Positions 57,674-64,000 of a stretch of DNA of 64,000 nt are shown piece by piece (position 1 is the stretch's first letter; each line of letters begins with the position of its first letter). A program made the position numbers and the translations under genes. Under the pieces are notes generated by a model, which worked only from the letters and a program-made list of their open reading frames with translations, had not been told where the DNA came from and did not search any database. The stretch comes from Histomonas meleagridis 2922-C6/04-290x (lineage: Eukaryota > Protista > Parabasalia): NCBI GenBank assembly GCA_020184695.1, contig JAANOX010000081.1:266342-330341 (forward strand), in the 5' to 3' direction.

Positions 57674-60391
57674 ATGGAAGATTCCAGCAAATTGTTACTC
57701 ACATCCGCATTCGAAGGCAATCTCGAAAATGTCAAGAATTTGATTGAACAAAAGAAAGTTGATGTCAATATGGCCGATAATATTTTTTTACATCATTTGT
57801 TAATTTTTCAAAATTGATGTTTTAAAATAAAATTCGGAATTTTTTCACAATATTTGAAACAGCTCTTATGTATGCAATACGAACCGGTCGTAACGATGTT
57901 ATACAATATCTCCTTGAACAAAAAGGAATTAACGTAAATGCAAAAAGTGTCAAATCGACTTTTTCAAAGTTATTTTCAAACATTTAAAGTTTCAACTATA
58001 AATTTGGAATTTTTTTCATATAAATGATACAGCACTTCGACTTGCATTTGAAAATGGTGAATTTGATATTGCAAAATTGCTACGTAAACATGGAGCAGTT
58101 GAAAATGAAATTCAAATTTGTTTTCATAATTTTATATTTCTTAAAATAATTTTATGTTTTTATCATAAATTTGATATTTATTTATCATATTTAATACATA
58201 TTCTGAATTATTATTAGAAGCAGTTATGAATGAGAAGTTTGATAAAGTTAAAGAATTACTTAAAGATGAAAAAATTGATATTAACTTTGTTAACATTTAA
58301 TAATTTTATTTGAAATATGTTTTAATAATTTGATGTTTTTTGATAAGATTTGGAGTTTATTTAGGCGATTTTTATCAGCATTAAATCTTGCAATCATCTC
58401 AAAGAATGCAGAAATGGTGAAATTACTTCTTGAGCAAAAGAACATTGATGTTAACAACAAAGATAAAGTTAATTTGTATTATATTATAATATTTTTTAAT
58501 GAAATTTGGAATTTATTTAAGTTATTTAATACCCCACTTATATTGTCATCAATTTTTGGGATTGTTGATATTGTTAAAGCACTTCTATCTAAAGAAGGTA
58601 TTAATATTGATGCACGAAATATTTATATGTTATATTTAAAATTAATATATGTCATTTAAAGTTTTATAATAAAATTTGGAGTTGATTTAAATTATTTAAA
58701 ACAGCATTAATGTATGCAGCTAAATTAGGTAATAAAGAAGTAATTCAAGTATTACTTGAACATGGTGCAGATGATGAAGGAATTGATGAACAAGAAATAT
58801 ATTTAATTGATTTGAAGTTTAATTTGTTAATTTGAAGAAGAAGTCTCTGATGATGACAGTTTTGATGAAGAAGATATTGCAGAAATGCTCGAAACGTTTA
58901 AAGATAAAGACTTTGATGTTAATGATAAGGATATTTCATTAATTGATTTGAGGTTTATTTTGTTTATTTGATATTTTTTGATAAAATTTGGAATTTATTT
59001 GTCTTATTTATGACACCACTTATGTTCTTCTCATTTAAATGCGTAGTACCACTTGTTAAAGCTCTTCTTGAACATCCGAAATTAGATGTAAATGCAAGAG
59101 ATGATATTTGTTTAAATGATTTCATGTTTTATTATGAAATTTGGAATTTGTTAAGTTAATTTGATACAGCATTAATGTATGCTTCTCAATTAGGGTATGA
59201 TGAAATTGTTAAATTACTTCTTACTCATAAAGATATTAATATTAATCTTCAAGATATCGTTTTATATAAATGATTTGATGTTAAATAATAATATTTGGAA
59301 TTTTATTGGTTAATTTGATACAGCACTTCTTTGTGCTTCGATAGCTGGCAAGAGTGAAAGTGTTCGAATACTTCTTGAACAAAAAGGAATTGAAATTAAT
59401 ATTCAAAATATTTGATTTTTATATATAATATTTATTTTATTGATTTGATATTTTTTGATAATATTTGGAATTTATTTAAAATATATGATACAGCACTTAC
59501 AAAAGCTGCTGTGAAAGGTCGTACTAAGATATCATCTTTATTACTTAACAAAGAAGGAATTGATGTAAATATTAAAAATATTCTTTTCATTTATTTAAAG
59601 TAAATTTAAATCATTTCAAATTCGAAAATATTATTTAAAAATTATTCAAATAATTTGAAACTGCACTTATATTAGCAGCTGGTGAAGGTCACACTCAAAT
59701 CGTTAAATTATTACTTCAACATAAAGAAATTGATCTTAATGCAAAAGATATTTCATTATTTTATTTGATGAAGTTTTATTATAATATTTGGAATTTTTTT
59801 AAGTTATTCGATGTCGCACTTACTTATGCATCATTACGAGGCTATACTGAAATAGTTAAAGAACTTCTTCAACAAGAAAAAATTGATTGTAACAATAAAG
59901 GTATTTACATATATAATTTGAAATTTATTTCGATAATTTCATGTTTTAATTAAATAATCGATGTTTATTTAAGTCATTTGTAACACCATTAATTTATGCA
60001 TGTGTCCAAGGTCATGTAGAAATTGTTAAATTACTTCTTGCTCAAAAAGGAATTGATATTAATGCTAAAGATATTTATTCTTTTTATTTGAAGTTTAGTT
60101 ATTTAACTTCATGTTTCATAATAATATTTCAAATTTGTTTAAGTTGTTTGATACAGCTCTTATTTATGCATCGAAAGCTGGTCATGTAGAAATAGTGAAA
60201 TTACTTCTCCAGCAAAATGGTATTGACGTTAATGCAAAAGATATTTATTCTTTTTATTATATGTTTGTTTGAAAGATTTGAAGTTTCATTTTATTTTTCG
60301 GTATTTATTTATAATATTTAAAACAGCACTTATGAAGGCAACTGAAGAAGGCCATACTGAAATAATTAAATTACTTCAAGAAGCGAAGTAA
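57674..60391 (+). CDS. Ankyrin-repeat protein interrupted by 58 micro-inserts (57 x 17 nt, 1 x 18 nt); 576 aa if removed
   Basis: ATG at 57674, TAA at 60389-60391. Sixteen insert clusters: 57782-57855, 57949-58025, 58116-58192, 58295-58371, 58468-58527, 58621-58697, 58797-58833, 58933-59009, 59106-59162, 59259-59316, 59410-59486, 59580-59656, 59750-59809, 59903-59979, 60073-60149, 60243-60319. 2718-987=1731 nt, stop-free, with consensus ankyrin hairpins. Confidence 0.88.
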
Positions 60392-61112
60392 TTATACTTG
60401 TTTGAATTACAAGTAACCAAAAATAAGTAAAAAGTTCAAACAAGATTAAATTTATGTTTTTATCTTTTAAATTCGTGTTGAGTTTGGTAAATATTATATT
60501 AATATGTTACAAAATATCCAATTACATATTTTTGAGATATAAAAAATTCTGCAGATTATTGCAGTATTAGAAGTAATAATACTGGTGTGCAAGTAATGCT
60601 TATTGTTTGTGCATTATATGACGTTAATTCATTTGGAAACATTGATAAGTTATATTGTATTTTTGACCTCTAACTATGTGAATTTTTTTGTTTGCAGATA
60701 AAACAGATTAATATGAAAGCTAGTAAAAATGTTATGCTGAACGAATAAAGGTTACATATGTAACTGATGCTCATACAGGCCAAAGTATCCCTGAATTACT
60801 ACAACTTATTGCTGAGAAAACGTAATCAATAACATCTCATGAATAATCCAAGGTGTAAAAAGAAAAATAGGACATTCTTTGAGATTCCATGTTGTTTGTG
60901 TTATAAGAGTCTTTTGTTTTTATCATTTTTTTGGGAGAATACAATTAAATTGATCATAGATTCTATTTTACATTATATATTTAACTCTTTATTTTTATAC
61001 GCATTCATCGAATTAGAAAACTAACATTTTTCAAAACAATTTTTTTATTTAATGTACTTTTTACAAAAATTCAAATTTTTCATCATCAGATTAACTATTT
61101 CTGTGTTAATAG

Positions 61113-61633
61113 TTAACCATATATAGATGCATAAGTAAGTGCTGTATTAAATAATGAGAATAATTACCAAATATTGTATTAAAATATCAAATTAGAAATA
61201 GTATTAAATAAAATAAATAAATTTTTTTGGTTATTAATATCAATTTCTTTCTGTTCGAGAAGTAATTTGACTATTTCTAAGTTTCCATTTTGAGATGCGT
61301 TTATAAGTACTGTAACAAATAAAATGAAGAATTTCCAAATATTATTTTTAAACATTAAAATAATAAAACTAATATTATATTAAAAAAAACAAATATTTTT
61401 ATTATTAATATCAATTCCTTTTTGTTCGAGAAGCAATTTAACTTTTTTGGTTTGTTCATTTTCAGATGCAATCATAAGTGCTGTATCAAACAATATAAAT
61501 AAATACCAAAAATTTTTATAAAATATAAAATTTTTAAAATAAATATGAAATAAAGCAAACAAATAGCTTTTACATTAATATCAATATTTTCTTGTTTAGA
61601 TTGGATTTTATCAGTAATTTTTTTTTTCATCAT
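61113..61633 (-). pseudogene. Short or decaying ankyrin gene with three insert clusters (12 inserts)
   Basis: Clusters at 61488-61564 (17,17,17,17), 61317-61394 (18,17,17,17) and 61149-61223 (18,14,17,17). Reconstructed loops are KA-H-Y-G-DTAL, KN-N-N-G-VTVL and QK-N-D-G-NTAL. A premature TAA lies at 61113-61115. Confidence 0.7.
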
Positions 61634-61958
61634 GATGATTCATTAACCGTCAGAAATTCACTAAGTCTGTTTAATTCAACAAGAAATGCATTTGTAGTTT
61701 TTGCACAAATCTTTTAACAATCTTAACAAACTGATTGGTACCAAATGATTTAGTCATCTTGTTGTGATTTAAAGTAATTCTAAAATCAGAACTGAAAGCA
61801 AATCGCAAACGTTATCATTTTTAATTCAAATTATTTCCATTTCGTTCTCATTCGCCGATACGACGATTCAGTAGTTTATTTCAAAAATTTCAATTGAGTT
61901 TGTGGCCTTTTATTTGATTTGGTAAATTCAATTTTGAAGGTAAATTCAATGATCTCAT

Positions 61959-63523
61959 TCAATTTCCAGGCTTCGGGATTGCGATCAAACGGTCTTCTTG
62001 CTCGCCTTTTATTGATTCAATTAGCTTCGGCACGTCAGGTGGTGTGTTCATTGGGTTTGGTTGCGACGTTATTTGTGATATATTAGCGTTTGGAGGGGCG
62101 AATAACTTATTCATTTCAGGAAGTAATTGAGACTTATCATTGTCAACTGGGATAATTGGAGGCAAGTCAATGCAACGCACAGTTTTACTTCCATCTTTTC
62201 CAGCCAACAAAATTTGTTGAGGTACCATGTTGCTCATTGGCGACATCGTAATGTTACTAATTGAGGGCATTAAGGGCTGCATCATCGGCATCATGTTACC
62301 AATAGGCGGCGATGGGTACTGCATTGGCGGTATCTGCACGCATTGCGCTAGTTCATCGAATTTGAATTCTTTGGTCGGAATGTTGGTCATCTTCACACAT
62401 TGCGGCATTTGCTGGAGCGGCATTTGATTCAACATTTGTGGCAGTGATGGAAGCATCCTAAAATATGAATCGGAGGGATCATTCGCACAGTCGTCCATGT
62501 TCTGAAGTACAACAGATGGGAAAGTGTATGAGGAATTTGAGGAAAGATCGTCTTTGGTGTCGCCAGCTGAAGATGGTTCTTTGCATTGCTTGGGCGGCGG
62601 CATCGTTGGTGGTATTTGCTGCATCATTTGTTGTATTTGCTGCATCTGCTGCATCATCTGCGGAGTCATCGGAGGCACCATTGGAGGCATCATGGGCATT
62701 TGTGGTGGAAAAAATTGTACATTAGGACTTTGCTTGTTCTTGCCGTCTTTTGAAGATGCTTCTTTGGATTGCATTGGCTGCTGCATCATTGGCATTTGTT
62801 GCATCATTGGTGGCATCATGGGCATTTTAGGCATCATTGGATACATCATAGGAGGCATCATTGGCATTTGCTGCATCATTTGTGGCATCATTGGAGGCAT
62901 CATGGGCATTTGTGGTGGAAGAAATTGTACATTAGGACTTTGCTTGTTCTTACCGTCTTTTGAAGACGCTTCTTTGGATTGCATTGGCTGTTGCATCATT
63001 TGTGGAGTCATAGGCATTTGCTGCATCATTGGCATTGGTTGCATCATTGGATACATCATCGGAGGCATCATTGGCATTTGCTGCATCATCGGAGGCACTG
63101 CATTGGCGGTGGTTGCATCATTGGATACATCATCGGAGGCATCATTGGCATTTGTGGCATCATGGGCGACATCATCGGAGGCATCATGGGCATTTGTGGA
63201 GGAGGAACTTGTGCATCAGGACTTTGCTTGTTCTTGTCGTCTTTTGTTGATTTATCAGAAGAACGTTCGCTTTGTTGCATCATTGGCATTGGTTGCATCA
63301 TTGGATACATCATAGGAGGTGATTTGGGAATCGTTTTTGGATCCATTCCCTCCGGCCATACAATCACTTGAAGTCCTTCTGGCGTTTCTGTGATCTGCTT
63401 GTTTCCTATGATCTTTGTTGTTTCATTTGTTTGGAAATGTGGAATTTGAAATTGCATTTGAGGATATCCATAAAGTTGGAATGGAATGTTGAGCTGAGGG
63501 TGTGTAGGGAGAAAAGACTGCAT
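61959..63523 (-). CDS. Met/Pro/Gln-rich low-complexity repeat protein, frameshifted near 63098; probably extends upstream in broken frames
   Basis: Two ORFs of identical character joined by a 1-nt deletion (ATG CA GTG CCT). The block MQQPMQSKEASSKDGKNKQSPNVQF is duplicated internally with about 216-nt spacing, and a third diverged copy is present. Confidence 0.6.
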
Positions 63524-64000
63524 TACAGCAGACTTTTCTATTGTGGGCTGGAGGCTTTGGCTAAGTTTTCCACTTTTCCATCATCAAGACTTAGGTAGAG
63601 TAACACAATGTATTGTGATGATATGAATTGTGTGAACAGCAGATTGCCACCTGAGTAGGTATGTGGAGTTTTGTTGGTAGTTGGACTTTTTGTTGATTCT
63701 TCATTTTTCGATTTAATGACGGAACTTTCATGTCTTCCTTGGGTGTTGTGTCAGAAGCCTTTTGTCTACCAATTATGGATAATTTCGTTACGAAGACCAA
63801 AGGTTTGATTTTCCTTAGTTTTCTCCTTTTGAGCCAAATCCTGATGTTTTAGAACCGATTTTTGACTGTGTAAACTTGTGGTGCAGGTTTGGTAGGTAAT
63901 ATCTGTTGTTTTTGCTGTGCTGATAAATCTGTTGATCCAATGGTGAACTAGACGAGGTGGAGTTGTTTGAAAAGGGTTTTGATGTTTGGAACGTACAATG

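Noticed and set aside
57674-60391. Canonical GT-AG or U12-type AT-AC introns as the explanation for the ankyrin spacers
   Set aside because: G|ATATTT...GATAC| and G|GT...TTAAG| joins are out of frame, the AG is not conserved across spacers, and no single-intron parse recovers the conserved hairpin Gly.
57674-60391. Stop-codon reassignment or readthrough
   Set aside because: Spacers shift the frame as well as containing stops, and TAA, TAG and TGA all terminate conserved genes in this window.
62227-63598. Plus-strand Cys/Ile/Gly- and His/Trp-rich ORFs, and other short overlapping ORFs across the window
   Set aside because: They are antisense or alternate-frame shadows of real genes and of the MPQ repeat.

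Overview
AT-rich eukaryotic genomic window, most likely from a parabasalid (Tritrichomonas/Trichomonas-like). This is an inference from the gene families (BspA-like LRR, DUF3447-type ankyrin proteins, Pmp-like surface protein), an Inr-like TCACTT motif and TAAA overlapping stop codons. It holds about 25 mostly uninterrupted genes: axonemal dynein heavy chain (5'-partial), CDK, NOT-box protein, PP2A-B56, UBA2, Asterix-like protein, 14-3-3, V-ATPase E, PRP3, HMG-box protein, bacterial-type endonuclease I, Fused/STK36 kinase, two Rab copies, BspA, NSA2, RPT3 and a bromodomain protein. It also holds a 26x20-nt tandem repeat and a patchwork of gene fragments at 44.7-49.5 kb. The main discovery is that the ankyrin genes that look shattered are not randomly degraded. 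They carry about 100 AT-rich inserts of almost invariant length 17 nt (consensus [A/G]TTT-N10-TTT, none ending in AG, no branch-point motif). These usually sit between single codons of the ankyrin beta-hairpin, giving a period of 3 coding + 17 non-coding nt. Removing them by hand restores two long open frames (17735-19933, 24 inserts, 596 aa; 57674-60391, 58 inserts, 576 aa) with consensus ankyrin loops such as N-E-D-G-L-S-A-L, D-E-D-G-M-T-P-L and T-K-N-G-Y-S-P-L. This points to a class of non-GT-AG micro-introns, or another precise excision or skipping system, with 3-nt micro-exons. I do not recognise it from the literature but could not search to confirm novelty. Similar 17-19-nt inserts may also break the 14-3-3 gene and a kinase-like gene. 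No RNA data are available here, so removal is inferred, not observed.
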